This document shows, one piece after another, positions 25,736 through 36,795 of a DNA stretch of 64,000 nt. The DNA comes from Candidatus Aldehydirespiratoraceae bacterium (lineage in GTDB: Bacteria > Actinomycetota > Acidimicrobiia > Acidimicrobiales > Aldehydirespiratoraceae), in assembly GCA_965204595.1 (NCBI GenBank), contig CBDBEW010000005.1, forward strand, positions 742,565 through 806,564, read 5' to 3'. The stretch's first letter is position 1; the number at the start of each line of letters is the position of its first letter. A model generated the notes under the pieces. That model was not told the DNA's origin. It saw only the letters and a list, made by a program, of their open reading frames with translations, and did not search any database. The position numbers were made by a program, and so were the translations under genes.

Positions 25736-28700
25736 GATGCGCTGACCTGCCGATCTCGACTACCGAACCCGCTTTGCTTGTGCAGGTCGCGCTGGTGATA
25801 GTTGCGGTGGCGTTTACACTCCCAACTTCCGGCACAGAGCCAGTTTGGGTTGCGCGTCCGGCCTCGGATACTAGTCCAATTTCGTCACCATTATCCCGCC
25901 GCTCAGTGACGCTTGGGCCAGAGTCGGTGCCCTCGACAGATTGGTTTGGCAGAAGGCGTTCGCACAGCAACGCCAGCAGAGCGTGCTCTGCTCGCTGAGA
26001 TGAACCCGTGAGGTCTGCCATATCCCCAAGAACACGGTCAAGTGATTTATTGAGATCGTCTCGCTGAGCTTGGTCTAAAGCAAGCAAGCGAATGTGTTCA
26101 CTACCATCGGGGCGGGTGACGGTAACCCGAAGAGCGTCAAAAGCACCCGGGCCGTGGGCGCGTCGCTCGGCGTGAAGAGCCAACAACCGTTGGAACGCGG
26201 CGACTTGCTCGGGCAATTCACGCTTGAACCTATGGTGGTCGTCATCACGCCACTCCGCAGGTGCCTTTTTTGCCACAACAGTAGCGATGCCCTTGATCCA
26301 GTCGGTGTCGCTGTCGACACTGTCGTTGGCGAGTGCGTACACGAACGCTTTCACATCTGGGTTGAGCACTTCGTCTGCTAGGGAAGCCGCTTGCCCACAA
26401 ACTGCCAGACGGTTCTTTTCAGCACTGGTATCAAGCAACAACTTTGTGAGGTTCCCCAATAGTGCCGAGTAGCAAACCTCAAGTTCGTTCAGTGCCACAC
26501 TCACCGATTCGGTAAACGAAGCAGCGGCAGGGTAGGATTTGTCGCTAGCCTCCACAGGCATGAAAGCGAGTGCTTCGGGCAATGCACGAAACAGCAAATC
26601 GTCTGGCTCTACCGCTCCAAGCAGGGCTGCGCGCACAAGCCTTGTTTGTTCGGAAAGGCTCGAAGTTCGCAACGTGTAGTTGTCGAGCACTCGAATTCGT
26701 GCCACGAGGTGTGAGACGATAGCAAGGACATTGGCCACTCTGCGCTTACCACGAACCGGGCGGACATCAAGCCGATTGGCGAGTTCACCGATAACCTCGC
26801 GGCGGGCACCTCTGGTATTGGCGAAATGCTTGATGTCGAAATGGCCGGGATTGCGGACCATGCGCTCGGAAATCTCAGTTGTGAGCAGGGGCTTGAAAGT
26901 GCCGTGCTCATAAAGAGCAACATTGTCGGAGGCCGCGAGCAGACCAGCGGTCACAAAAACGGGCACCACAGCCGCCTTCATCCCCACAGGCGGACACAAC
27001 AGCACAGCGTAAACATCGCGCAGGTTCATGCGGCGAACCCTCGCCCGGTCAAACGAATCTTGCATCAAGTCCCAAGCCACAGCCAGAGACTCGTCAGATG
27101 GCCGGCCAAACGCATCTGCACCCGCGCTTTCCTTCACGTGGATGTGTGTGCGCTTCAGGAACGCTCGGTACATTGCAACCTCAGGACCGTGACCCTCGAA
27201 ACCCAGGTCGGGTTGATCAGAATGTTCGATCATTCCCTTGAGCAGAAGACGGCGGGCTTTAGACCCCTGGGTTGTGAGGTCTGAGCGGTTGAGCATCTCG
27301 TTGCCAACAAGGGGAGTGTGTGGATAAACCTCATCACAAGCCTGCGAAAGAGCCGAACTACCCCTACCCGCCGCCAGTTCCACACCGTTTTCGCCTTTGA
27401 GCAGCACCCACCTACAAGTTGCTGAGTTGAAAGCGTCAGAAACGGCCCGGTCAAAGACAGCTCGCGCCGAGGCGAGCCGTTCACCTAGTTCGCTACGAGC
27501 TACCCGATCCTCGACTACAGAGGGGTCTTCAAGAGCGGCAAGTAGTGCATGAACTTCCCGGGCGGAGCCAGCGAACTCGCCAATGTTTGCGGGGAGAGCG
27601 ACCAAGACGGGTTTGGCACCGTTCCCCGAGGAATCCATCTGGGGTACCTGCGGCTCGTTGTCCACAGCGAGTAACACCGTGCCGTCGTAACAAGAGAACG
27701 CATCGGGGGGGGGGGGGGGGGGCATATTCCATTGCATTACTATCGAAGTAGCGCACAGAGAACATCCTGAGCGTGTCGTTTTGTGAACTGTGACGAGCGG
27801 CGACCAGCGGCCGAGGGGCATGCACAGAAGACAAAACTTGCACCAGCGGTTGTTGCTCGGCTTGTTTACGCGCCGCGTCCACGAGACGATTCAGGTCAAC
27901 ATCGGTGCCTTGCCAAACCCGGTACTCGTCTGCGAACTCCCGATAGGTGACTAAACCACCTGCCTCAAGTAAGGCGAGGACATCGTCTGTCTTGGTGTCG
28001 ACTAATCGCAGGAGTTCCCTTGAAGCTCTGAGGACACCAGAAGTTGCCACCAGATTGAGCAGTGCCACCGACTTGATGACACGCTGTTGGGAAGCCGTCA
28101 ACCCGTGAGTATCGCGTAGCCTGACAACAATCTCGATCCAACGGCTTATGTCACCACCCTTAGCTGAGGTGGTAAGCGAGAAAGCGTCGCTCGCAACAAA
28201 ATAATCGTACACGCCGTCAAGACCCAACGAAGGCAGCGAACCGGTTGGCGGAAAAGAGGTCTCAGCCAAGAAAGTTGCTGCGCTGTTCGGGGCTGACCCG
28301 GCGAGGAAAGAAAAGAGAGTGCGTTCCTGTTGTCCATAGCGACTGCACAACTCAGGTAAAACTAGAGCTGCGAGTGGGTGTAGCGGATAGTTAGCCGCCA
28401 CCACCTTCGCATCGGCGAGTTCAGCGATGCCAAGCGAGCGCATCTTTTCGGCCTCAGATTCCGCCCACCGTGAAATTTCGGCGCGCAGGTTCCGATCATG
28501 CACATCAAAGACTGTGCCAATCAAAGCGCGTGTCTGCGCGGGCGACTCCACGAAGGCAACATCTTCAAAGCGTCCCTGCACTTTAGCCCACTCACGGCGT
28601 TGGGTGCGAGTCGCCCCAACCAGGCAGTCATCAAACGACAAATGCTGAAGTGTCAGCAAAAAGATCGGCAGTCCAGAACCCTGACCAGCCTCCGCGAGTT

Positions 28701-29373
28701 GTTGCAGCAGATAGGGGTCTGTGTTGGTGGCACCATCTGCGATCGCTTCAAGATTCTTGCCAAACTCGTCGATGATTAGCAGAAGCGGAGCATCCTGTGC
28801 GAGACAGCGGGCAATGTCAAGTAACGCTGCAGGTGACGGCCCCGAACTTCGGGGGTCGCCCCTGCGGACATCTTCAAGAGCCCCCCGCAAGGCAGGTGCC
28901 GCCGCAAACTTAGACTTCGGTGGAATCTTCCCAAAACGCTGGCGCACAGCCGTTTCAAGGGCGCGAAGTATGGTGTGAGTCAACGGCTCACGTTGGGCGG
29001 TCACCAAACCCCGGTTGAAACAGGACTCGACAGTGGCGTGGCGAGAGTGGGCTTGTCGAGCCAAGTCTGTAACAGATGGTGACACCTCCGATAGCAACGA
29101 CAACGCTTTTGAGCGGGTTGCACCAGGTGGACCTAGCACGGCATCAAGGAGTAAGGCCAGTGAAGACTTTCCAGAACCGTATGGGCCTGTCAACGACCAA
29201 GCCCCGCCCGCCTCGTCTGTGGCTGCCGCGCCGATCACTCGCTCCACAACATCGAGGGTTCGAGCCGTGACCACATACCCCTCAAGAGGTTCGAGACGGG
29301 ATGCATCGCGTTCAAGGTTGGCCGACCTCGCATAACGGCCGACAACTGCGATGGAATCCGAAAGCATCGCCAT
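25728..29373 (-). CDS. sspC: Large P-loop ATPase (SspC-type), split into two ORFs by a frame error in a C18 tract
   Basis: ORF 29373-27529 carries Walker A TGPYGSGKSSLALLL and Walker B LLLIIDEFGKN. Its sense reading ends at ..NAMEYAPPPPP. ORF 27821-25728 makes sense only from PPPPPPDAFSCYDGTVLLAV.. onward. Both cross the same poly-C run, and 17 or 20 C would give one ~1215-aa protein. Confidence 0.7.
27705..27722. repeat. G18 homopolymer (C18 / poly-Pro on the coding strand) inside sspC
   Basis: Counted directly: G at 27705-27722. Confidence 0.95.
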
Positions 29374-29394
29374 CAGGTTACCCCAGACTCGCCA

Positions 29395-30471
29395 TCAGAC
29401 TGCCCCGAGCGAGAGCGCAGGTGGCTCGTTTAGCCTGCGCATAACCGAACCACGATCACGACCAAAACCGAGTGCCTCTATAACCTCGTCGTCCACCGCA
29501 CAGTCGCCTCGGCTACCGGCGAGCATTCCCTCTTGCACCGAATCGAAGTAGCGATCGAGCAGCTTTGGGGCGACCTCCGCCGGGTCTTTTGACCAAACAA
29601 GTTGTTTCACACCAGTCACTGTAGTCAAATTTAGTGCGCTCTCACAGCTAACACAAGACTCAAGTAGCACGCCCAATTCAGCTTCGCTCAACTTGAAGGC
29701 TCGACCGGGTGACCCGGGATCATTAGCTAACCGTCCGATGGTAACAGTACTGCTCGCCGTGTGGGTTCGAGCGATCCAATCGAGCACCGCATAGGTTGCG
29801 ATCTCTGCTGGCAGCGTAGGTTTGTTACCCAACGTGAAGCGGTGCCGACCAACCTCAGCGGAACTACTAATCAGGTTCAGTTCCCGCAACGGGCAGTTCA
29901 AAACGTCGTCTATAGCTGACCGAGTTGATGGGGGAGAGGGTGCATAAGTGCGCAGCAGGACTCCAAGGTCTTTTTTGATAGACGACTGACTCGGGGAGGG
30001 CCAAGGCGAAGTCCCGCCCACAACCCCGCCTAAAAGTGTGGAAATCGACATCTCAAGGTCTGCCTCTCTGAACTCAACTGCACTGAACTCGTTGAAGGCG
30101 AGCCACCAGACAGGTAAGCGTGAGCGAGGAGCGAGCAGTAGCCAATGCAGCAACCAGAGAGTCCCTGGGTCTTCCATGTATGGGTCCCACCCCGAATCAC
30201 CGAAAAGCGCATTGCCGAAGCGGGTAGGCACACAACCCCGAGACCTGCCGCTTGAGCGCGAATCCTCAACGATGACTTTGGCAGCGAGACCCCAAAAACG
30301 AATCGATCGGACCATGTTTTTGCCAACGCCCATAGTCACTGGTGCATCGGGTTGAGTGAAAATATAGGGGTCTTGCGCGCACGCCGCAAACGCTTTACGG
30401 AACCATCCATAACGTGGGTGGAAGGTCTCGTGGCGTGCGAATGTGGGCAAAGCAGCGTCTATCAAGCGCAT
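29395..30471 (-). CDS. sspB: DUF4007-family protein (SspB-type)
   Basis: 358 aa. N-terminal FARHETFHPRYGWFRKAF is the DUF4007 hallmark. The start codon directly abuts the stop of the cysteine desulfurase gene. Confidence 0.75.
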   Translation of the reverse strand: MRLIDAALPTFARHETFHPRYGWFRKAFAACAQDPYIFTQPDAPVTMGVGKNMVRSIRFWGLAAKVIVEDSRSSGRSRGCVPTRFGNALFGDSGWDPYMEDPGTLWLLHWLLLAPRSRLPVWWLAFNEFSAVEFREADLEMSISTLLGGVVGGTSPWPSPSQSSIKKDLGVLLRTYAPSPPSTRSAIDDVLNCPLRELNLISSSAEVGRHRFTLGNKPTLPAEIATYAVLDWIARTHTASSTVTIGRLANDPGSPGRAFKLSEAELGVLLESCVSCESALNLTTVTGVKQLVWSKDPAEVAPKLLDRYFDSVQEGMLAGSRGDCAVDDEVIEALGFGRDRGSVMRRLNEPPALSLGAV

Positions 30472-31641
30472 TCAGTGTGTCTCCTGAGTCATATCTCTAA
30501 CATAGCGAACGGCTGTGACAGTCGCTTCGACCGCAGCGTCAATCTCTTGTGCGGTTGTGAAACGGCCGAGGCTGAAACGGACCGTCTCAAAGGCAGCATC
30601 ACGGCTCAGACCCATCGCAATCAGAACCGCGGAGGGGTCGATAGAGCCGGCACTACAAGCACTACCTGTTGACACCGCCACAGGGTCCATCTGTGCAACC
30701 ACGGCCTCGGCAACAGCATCCACGAAACGGATGCTCGCAGTGTTGGGGAGTCGCCGCTCAACATCACCGTTCTCTGAGACATTGGGCAGTTTCGCCCTAA
30801 TCCCAGAGACTAGACGATCCCGCAGCCCGCCCACTCGCTGCGCCTCAACCACCCACTCACTCTCGGCGAGTTCTGCAGCCCTACCGAAACCAACGATCCC
30901 TGCGACATTTAACGACCCCGACCGCAGCCCTCGTTCCTGCCCACCCCCATGAATGATCGGCTGAAGTTGGCGCAAGCTACGGCGAGTTCCAATCAGCGCA
31001 CCAACCCCGCCCGGCCCACAAATCTTATGGCCACTAATCGACACAAGGTCGGCCCCAATCTGTTGCATGTCAAAAGGCAATCGCCCCACAAGTTGAGTGG
31101 CATCACAATGGAAGAGCGCACCGCAAGCATGAACTCGCTCTGCGATCGCAGCCACATCGTTGAGCACACCGGTCTCACTGTTTGCCGCCATCACCGACAC
31201 CAAACCCACATCGTCTTCGAGCAATGCTTCCACATCATTGGGATCAACAAAACCACCCTTAGTGGCTGGGATCACATCGGACTTAGCGATCCCGCGGTCA
31301 CTGAGCCAACTTGTTGTCTGATGCACCGAGGCGTGCTCCACAGCAGAGACGAGAATGCGCCGCCGATTGTTGCCACCACCCTCAACCACGCCACGAAGAG
31401 CCAGATTATTGGCTTCGGTCGCACCTGCAGTGAACACCACATCGCCACCTCGTCCGCCAACAAGGGCTGCCACCTGCTCACGAGCTTGCTCCACCGCAGC
31501 AGCTTGGAAGCGTCCGAAGCGATGGCTTGCCGAAGCGTTGCCCACCCCCTCGCTTAGCACAGGCAACATCGCTTCCACCACCCGCGTATCGACAGGTGCC
31601 GACCCGTTGTAGTCAAGATATATCTTCTGCCTGTCTTTCAC
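30472..31641 (-). CDS. sspA: Class V aminotransferase / cysteine desulfurase (SspA/DndA/IscS-type)
   Basis: 389 aa. IYLDYNGSAP, FTAGATEANN, HKICGPGGVGAL (PLP-lysine region) and active-site STGSACSAGS are typical of NifS/IscS. Confidence 0.85.
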   Translation of the reverse strand: MKDRQKIYLDYNGSAPVDTRVVEAMLPVLSEGVGNASASHRFGRFQAAAVEQAREQVAALVGGRGGDVVFTAGATEANNLALRGVVEGGGNNRRRILVSAVEHASVHQTTSWLSDRGIAKSDVIPATKGGFVDPNDVEALLEDDVGLVSVMAANSETGVLNDVAAIAERVHACGALFHCDATQLVGRLPFDMQQIGADLVSISGHKICGPGGVGALIGTRRSLRQLQPIIHGGGQERGLRSGSLNVAGIVGFGRAAELAESEWVVEAQRVGGLRDRLVSGIRAKLPNVSENGDVERRLPNTASIRFVDAVAEAVVAQMDPVAVSTGSACSAGSIDPSAVLIAMGLSRDAAFETVRFSLGRFTTAQEIDAAVEATVTAVRYVRDMTQETH

Positions 31642-31940
31642 GGCTTAGTTAACCTTGCGCTGCATCTTTGAAAATGGAATATCACCTGTGTCAAACACAC
31701 GACCCAGATCATAGTACAAGTCATTCTTGGTGCTTTCTGTTACGAAGATTTGGGCTAGATGGTTCGTTAGTCAACTGTTCAAATTGCTGCACGAGTTGTT
31801 GCACTTGATGGAAGGGTATGCATCTGTTGGGTTGTGAGCATCTCCCCGAAATGCTACTCGGGCTATTGCGTTGCCTGATACACTTACCAACGCTAAAGTA
31901 TAACTGATATCGCGCCGTCGAGCACGAAAACGGAGGTCAG

Positions 31941-33965
31941 ATGACAAGTGCTACAAACGGTAGTGTGATCGAACAGTTGACTCTTCCCGATGAACTCGTT
32001 CTAACCCTGCTGAATGAAGAGAGCGGGTACTTTCGCCAAGTATCGGGGTGGAAGCTGAACTGCGCGGTCGTCGGCTCGGTACTCGCGGAGTTGTCGCTCA
32101 TCGACCGCCTCGACACCGACATGGAGTCCTTGATCCTCTTGGACCAGACACCTACCGGTGATCCCTGCCTCGACCCGTGCCTAGCGGAGATCGCTGCCGA
32201 ACCCCGCAAGCGCAACGCCCAGTACTGGGTCGAGCGTCTCGCTCCGAGGAGCGAGGAGATCATCGACACGGTGCTCGATCGCATGGCCCGACGCAACATC
32301 TTGCAACACCACGAAGGGGACTACTGGTCGCTCGCGCACGGTGCCTGGAAGTCCGGATTCGCCGCGAGTTCCGAGGTCGGCACTCCGGTCGAGTTCGTCA
32401 AGACCCGCATCAGCCGGGCCATCTTCTACAACGAGATTCCCGACCCGAGAGACATCATCATCATCTGTCTAGTCGACGTCTGCGACGTCCTGCGCGACAT
32501 CTTCGACATCGAGGAGGAGTTCGAGGAACGAGTAGCGCAGATCTGCAAGATGGATCTGATCGGTCGTGCGATCGCCGACGCGGTGGGCGAGAACATCTCC
32601 AGGCCCGCGAGTCGAACAGCCCTGGCCAAACCGATTCCCGTGGTCAAGCGGAGCAAGCTTCTGCGCAGCGAAGCGTTCCGCGGTCGCAACATCCCGGCGA
32701 TCTTCGCCGCACTCTTCGAGGAGTACGGGCCGGTGTTCCAGGTCAAGGTGCCTTTCCAGGGACCTATGTTCTTCCTCGCAGGACCCGCAGTGAACCATTG
32801 GATGCACCGTGAGGGCCGCACGTATCTCAGGGCCCGGGACTACTTCGAGAGCTTCGAGAAGGTCTACGGTGGAGTCGCTTTGCTGCCCGCCCTCGACGGT
32901 GCCGACCATTTCAGGTACCGTAAGACCGTCCAACCCGGATACTCACGCGCCAGACTAGCCGAGCAGCTCGACGAGAGCCTGGCTTACGCGCGCAACCACA
33001 TGGCCACGCTTGCAGTCGGAGAGAAGATCCCGGCGATACTGATGAGCCGGCACATGATCAACTCGCAGTTGTCCCCCCTGCTGGTGAGCATCGAGTCGAA
33101 CGACATCATCGACGACCTGTGCATCTTCAAGAAACGAGCACTCAAAGCGCATCTCGCCCGCGTCGTCCCCAAGTTCACGCTGAAGACACCGGGCATGAGA
33201 CGCCGGGCGAAGATCATCGACGACGTGGTGCAGCAGGTACAAAGGGTCCACACACCCGCTCAGCGGGTCGGTTGTCCACGGAATCTCGCCGACGAGCTGT
33301 TGAGCATGCATGCCAACGACCGACAGTTCCTGCCGGAGTCGAACCTGCCGTTCGTGTTGTCGTCCCCGCTGCTCGCGGCGATGTACTCAGGCGACCAGTT
33401 CAGTTTCATCCTGTACCACCTGCTGTCACAGCCGGAACTCTACGACAAGATCCGTAGCGAGGCCGACGCCGTCTTCGCCGACGGCGACCCCGACATGGAG
33501 ACGCTCACCGGGCCCGCGACCAGCGTCTCTAGGTGCTTCATCATGGAATGCCTGCGCCTGCATCCCATCATTCCGATGTCGATCCGCAATGTGATGAACG
33601 CCTGCGTGGTCGAGGGCTACGAACTGCCCGAGGGGGTGCGGGTTCACATCGCCACCACCGCGACGCACTACCTGAGCGAAGTTTTCCCCGATCCTCACAC
33701 GTTCGATGTCGATCGCTACGAGGCACCGCGCAAGGAGCACTTGGGTACCGGGTACGCGCCCTACGGCCTGGGCACCCACTCCTGCCTCGGCTCGCGACTG
33801 GCCGAGACGCAGATCCTGTTGAGCATGCTGCTACTCGCTCACTACTTCACGATGGAGATCGCGCAGAAGAGTCCCAAGCTGAAGATCAGCGCGCTGCCGA
33901 CCATGTCTCCTAGCAAGAAGCTGAAGTTCCGCATCACCGAGCAGAGGCGCGAGCTGCCCGTCTGA
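31941..33965 (+). CDS. GPP34/GOLPH3-like N-terminal domain fused to a cytochrome P450
   Basis: 674 aa with a GGAGG RBS. Residues ~10-200 (LPDELVLTLLNEESGYF...AVVGSVLAELSLIDRLD) match the GPP34 pattern. The C-terminal ~430 aa carry the P450 ExxR (MECLRLHP) and heme loop YAPYGLGTHSCLGSRLA (F/YxxGxHxCxG). Confidence 0.75.
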   Translation: MTSATNGSVIEQLTLPDELVLTLLNEESGYFRQVSGWKLNCAVVGSVLAELSLIDRLDTDMESLILLDQTPTGDPCLDPCLAEIAAEPRKRNAQYWVERLAPRSEEIIDTVLDRMARRNILQHHEGDYWSLAHGAWKSGFAASSEVGTPVEFVKTRISRAIFYNEIPDPRDIIIICLVDVCDVLRDIFDIEEEFEERVAQICKMDLIGRAIADAVGENISRPASRTALAKPIPVVKRSKLLRSEAFRGRNIPAIFAALFEEYGPVFQVKVPFQGPMFFLAGPAVNHWMHREGRTYLRARDYFESFEKVYGGVALLPALDGADHFRYRKTVQPGYSRARLAEQLDESLAYARNHMATLAVGEKIPAILMSRHMINSQLSPLLVSIESNDIIDDLCIFKKRALKAHLARVVPKFTLKTPGMRRRAKIIDDVVQQVQRVHTPAQRVGCPRNLADELLSMHANDRQFLPESNLPFVLSSPLLAAMYSGDQFSFILYHLLSQPELYDKIRSEADAVFADGDPDMETLTGPATSVSRCFIMECLRLHPIIPMSIRNVMNACVVEGYELPEGVRVHIATTATHYLSEVFPDPHTFDVDRYEAPRKEHLGTGYAPYGLGTHSCLGSRLAETQILLSMLLLAHYFTMEIAQKSPKLKISALPTMSPSKKLKFRITEQRRELPV

Positions 33966-34256
33966 GGTCCCACGCTCCCGCACGTCGAGTTCGCCGTGGC
34001 AACGACCCGGCAACGAACAAACCAACGGACTGCTCCCCGCTGGCTGCCTAAAGGCACCAACGTCGGCACCATACGCCTGCCATCAGCCCAGACAACATCA
34101 ACCACATACCCCGCAAACTACACAACTGGAAATCAGCACAAACCATATACACTCACCTAAACTGCAACCAGCAATAGAGTCCGCCCGCGCTTGGAATGGC
34201 GCGCATGGGCCGGATTCGCGAGTAATGGGTATTGAAGCGTTTATTTACCGCTTAGA

Positions 34257-36749
34257 ATGGCGCGCATGGGCCGGATACTTGATGGGTGGAGTCGACTGGT
34301 GACGGCCCGCCCGTACATCCTGCTCCTCGTGCTACTGCTCATCACCGCTGCGCTGGCCTCGGGAACGACCCGGCGGGCACCTCCAATTGAGAGGGCGTCG
34401 GTGTCGTACCTGCCCCCCGGCAACGCCATTGCTGATGCAATGGACGAGATCGATGAACTGTTCGGAGAGTCCAGCGATATCACCGTCGTGACGCTGATCT
34501 TGCGCGGTGCGGCCCTTACGCCCGACGGACTGTCCCAGATGGACACGCTCCTCGACGACATCGTGAGCGACCCGAGCGTGACAGAACTGTTGGCACCGGT
34601 GGATCCGGTTATCGCTCCCGCGCCTTTCATCGGAGCCGCTCTAGGTGTGACCAGCTTTGAATCGGTCACCCCGAGTCAGATCGAACAGGCTCTCAGCACC
34701 CCGGAGATCAACGCTGCGGTTGCCGCGATGACCGGAAGCGACACAGACGGCGAACCCGTGGCGATCGCCAACATCCGCCTAGTCGACACCGGTGACGAGA
34801 AGGTTGCCGAGGCTGAACGGAGGATCAACGAACTGGCCGTCGGTGCTGGGGGACCGCTGCGTGTGAGCAGCGTGTCGCCTGTGATCATCGAGGACGAGTA
34901 CAGGGAAGCCACAGAGACAGGGATAGCGCAGCTGCTGGGGCTGGCCCTGCTGCTGATCGCGGCGCTGATCCTGCTATTTTTGCGCACACTGACCGATCTA
35001 CTTCTCACGCTCGCTGGGCTGATCGTCTCAGTGACGTGGGTCGTCGGCGCAGAGGGCTGGCTCGGGCCGGGTGCTCTGGGTGTTATCGGCCCTCCGACCG
35101 GACTCACCTCGATGGTACCGATCATCGTGATCAGCCTCACGGTGGACTATGCGATCCAGACTATCTCGCACTACCGCGAGCAACGAGCCGAGGGTGGGCC
35201 GGTTCTGGAAGCGATCCGGACGGGACTGCGGCATGTCACCATCCCGCTCGTGCTGGCAGCGGTCACGACGATCGTGAGCATGTTCGCGGGTCTTCTCTCT
35301 CCGATCGAGGCTATCGGCGACTTCGGCATCCTCGCGGGTCTCGGCGTTGGGATGAGCCTGATCGTGATGCTGACGTTGGTTCCGGCTGGTCGGACGATCA
35401 TCGACCGGCGTCGCGAAGCACGCGGCACGCTCAAGGAGCCGCGCCCCGTCTCGGGAGCGTTGCCCGGTGTCGAGCGGGCAGCACACCTGCTGGGAGCGTC
35501 AGTGGCTCGCCGGCCGTTACCCTACATTGTCGCCGTCGTCGGCGTGACCGTCGGGTTCGGGTTCGCGGCCACGGGAATCAAGTCCGAATTCAGCGTTCGC
35601 GACATCCTGCCCGACGGTGGGGGTGTGCTGAATGATCTGGAGACCCTCGAAACAGCCGTCGGCGGCTTCACGGAGATGGCCAGTGTTCTCGTGAGGGCTG
35701 AGGCCACGGACATCCGCACACTCCTGAACATGCAGGATCTCACAACCGCCTTCGAGGACGAAAGGCGCCGCCCGCGGACGGCAGCGGGACCGCTGAGTGC
35801 GCCCCTTCTGTCGCTTGTGCTCGACTGGGCCGACGAAAGCGGCGAACCCGGCGACAACTATGACCCTGATCTCGCAGAACTCCTCCAAGCAGCCTCTGGA
35901 GGGGTGCATCTCGATTCAGAGTTGATGCAGGAATTCCTCGACAAACTCGAGCAGAGGGATCCCGCGGTGGCACACAGTCTGGTCAACGATCCCGGCGGTA
36001 TCGACACCATGCTGATGCAGTTCCCGTTCTTTACCGATGATCCCAGCCGAACGAGGTTGATCCAAGAAGAACTCGAAGGACTCTGGCCGCTGGGCGAAGG
36101 CGAGGACATCACGGCGACTTCACTGGCCATCGTCGAGGTCGCTGTCGAGGACGAGATCACGAGTCGGCAGCTAGAGGCGATCGTCACGACCATCGTCGTG
36201 GCCCTCAGCATCCTCACCATCTTCTTCTGGGTGACGCTTCGCCAACCCGCGTTGGCATTCATCGCTGTGGGACCGATCGTGCTCGTTCTCATCTGGGTGC
36301 TAGGCACGATGGCACTGCTCGACATTCCCTACTCTCTGATCACCTCGATCATCACCGCGCTCTCGATCGGGATCGGGGTGGACTACAGCATCCATGTGAT
36401 TCATCGCTACCGGGAGGAGTTCTACCGCGTGCGCAACCCGGAGAAGGCGGCGATCCAGACACTCACGACCACGGGATCGGCACTGCTCGGCTCCGCGCTG
36501 ACGACGGTGCTCGGCTTCGGTGTGCTGGTCTTCTCGTCGTTGCTCGGGTTCCGGCAGTTCGCTATAACCACGGCTGTCATGATCGGCTACTCGCTGATCG
36601 TCTCCATCCTGCTGGTACCGCCGGCCATGACAGTCTGGGGCGCGTACCAGAACATGCGTTTGCGCTCGACGATGCAGCGTATGTGGGACGAGATCGATGT
36701 GGTGGCCGATGCAATGGACGGGCGCCACGCTCGAGAACAGAGTGGTTGA
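34257..36749 (+). CDS. MMPL/RND-superfamily membrane transporter
   Basis: 830 aa with two 6-TM bundles, each preceded by a large soluble loop. Typical MMPL segments SMVPIIVISLTVDYAIQ and ITALSIGIGVDYSIHVIHRYREE. Confidence 0.85.
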   Translation: MARMGRILDGWSRLVTARPYILLLVLLLITAALASGTTRRAPPIERASVSYLPPGNAIADAMDEIDELFGESSDITVVTLILRGAALTPDGLSQMDTLLDDIVSDPSVTELLAPVDPVIAPAPFIGAALGVTSFESVTPSQIEQALSTPEINAAVAAMTGSDTDGEPVAIANIRLVDTGDEKVAEAERRINELAVGAGGPLRVSSVSPVIIEDEYREATETGIAQLLGLALLLIAALILLFLRTLTDLLLTLAGLIVSVTWVVGAEGWLGPGALGVIGPPTGLTSMVPIIVISLTVDYAIQTISHYREQRAEGGPVLEAIRTGLRHVTIPLVLAAVTTIVSMFAGLLSPIEAIGDFGILAGLGVGMSLIVMLTLVPAGRTIIDRRREARGTLKEPRPVSGALPGVERAAHLLGASVARRPLPYIVAVVGVTVGFGFAATGIKSEFSVRDILPDGGGVLNDLETLETAVGGFTEMASVLVRAEATDIRTLLNMQDLTTAFEDERRRPRTAAGPLSAPLLSLVLDWADESGEPGDNYDPDLAELLQAASGGVHLDSELMQEFLDKLEQRDPAVAHSLVNDPGGIDTMLMQFPFFTDDPSRTRLIQEELEGLWPLGEGEDITATSLAIVEVAVEDEITSRQLEAIVTTIVVALSILTIFFWVTLRQPALAFIAVGPIVLVLIWVLGTMALLDIPYSLITSIITALSIGIGVDYSIHVIHRYREEFYRVRNPEKAAIQTLTTTGSALLGSALTTVLGFGVLVFSSLLGFRQFAITTAVMIGYSLIVSILLVPPAMTVWGAYQNMRLRSTMQRMWDEIDVVADAMDGRHAREQSG

Positions 36750-36795
36750 TCCTGCTCAAGCGTCAAACTGTCTTCCCTGAGCCGCAGATCCGAGG

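Noticed and set aside
34676-36728. Multiple 110-200-aa ORFs overlapping the MMPL gene on both strands
   Set aside because: They are all nested in the 830-aa MMPL reading frame, which has clear transporter motifs. They are typical GC-rich shadow ORFs.
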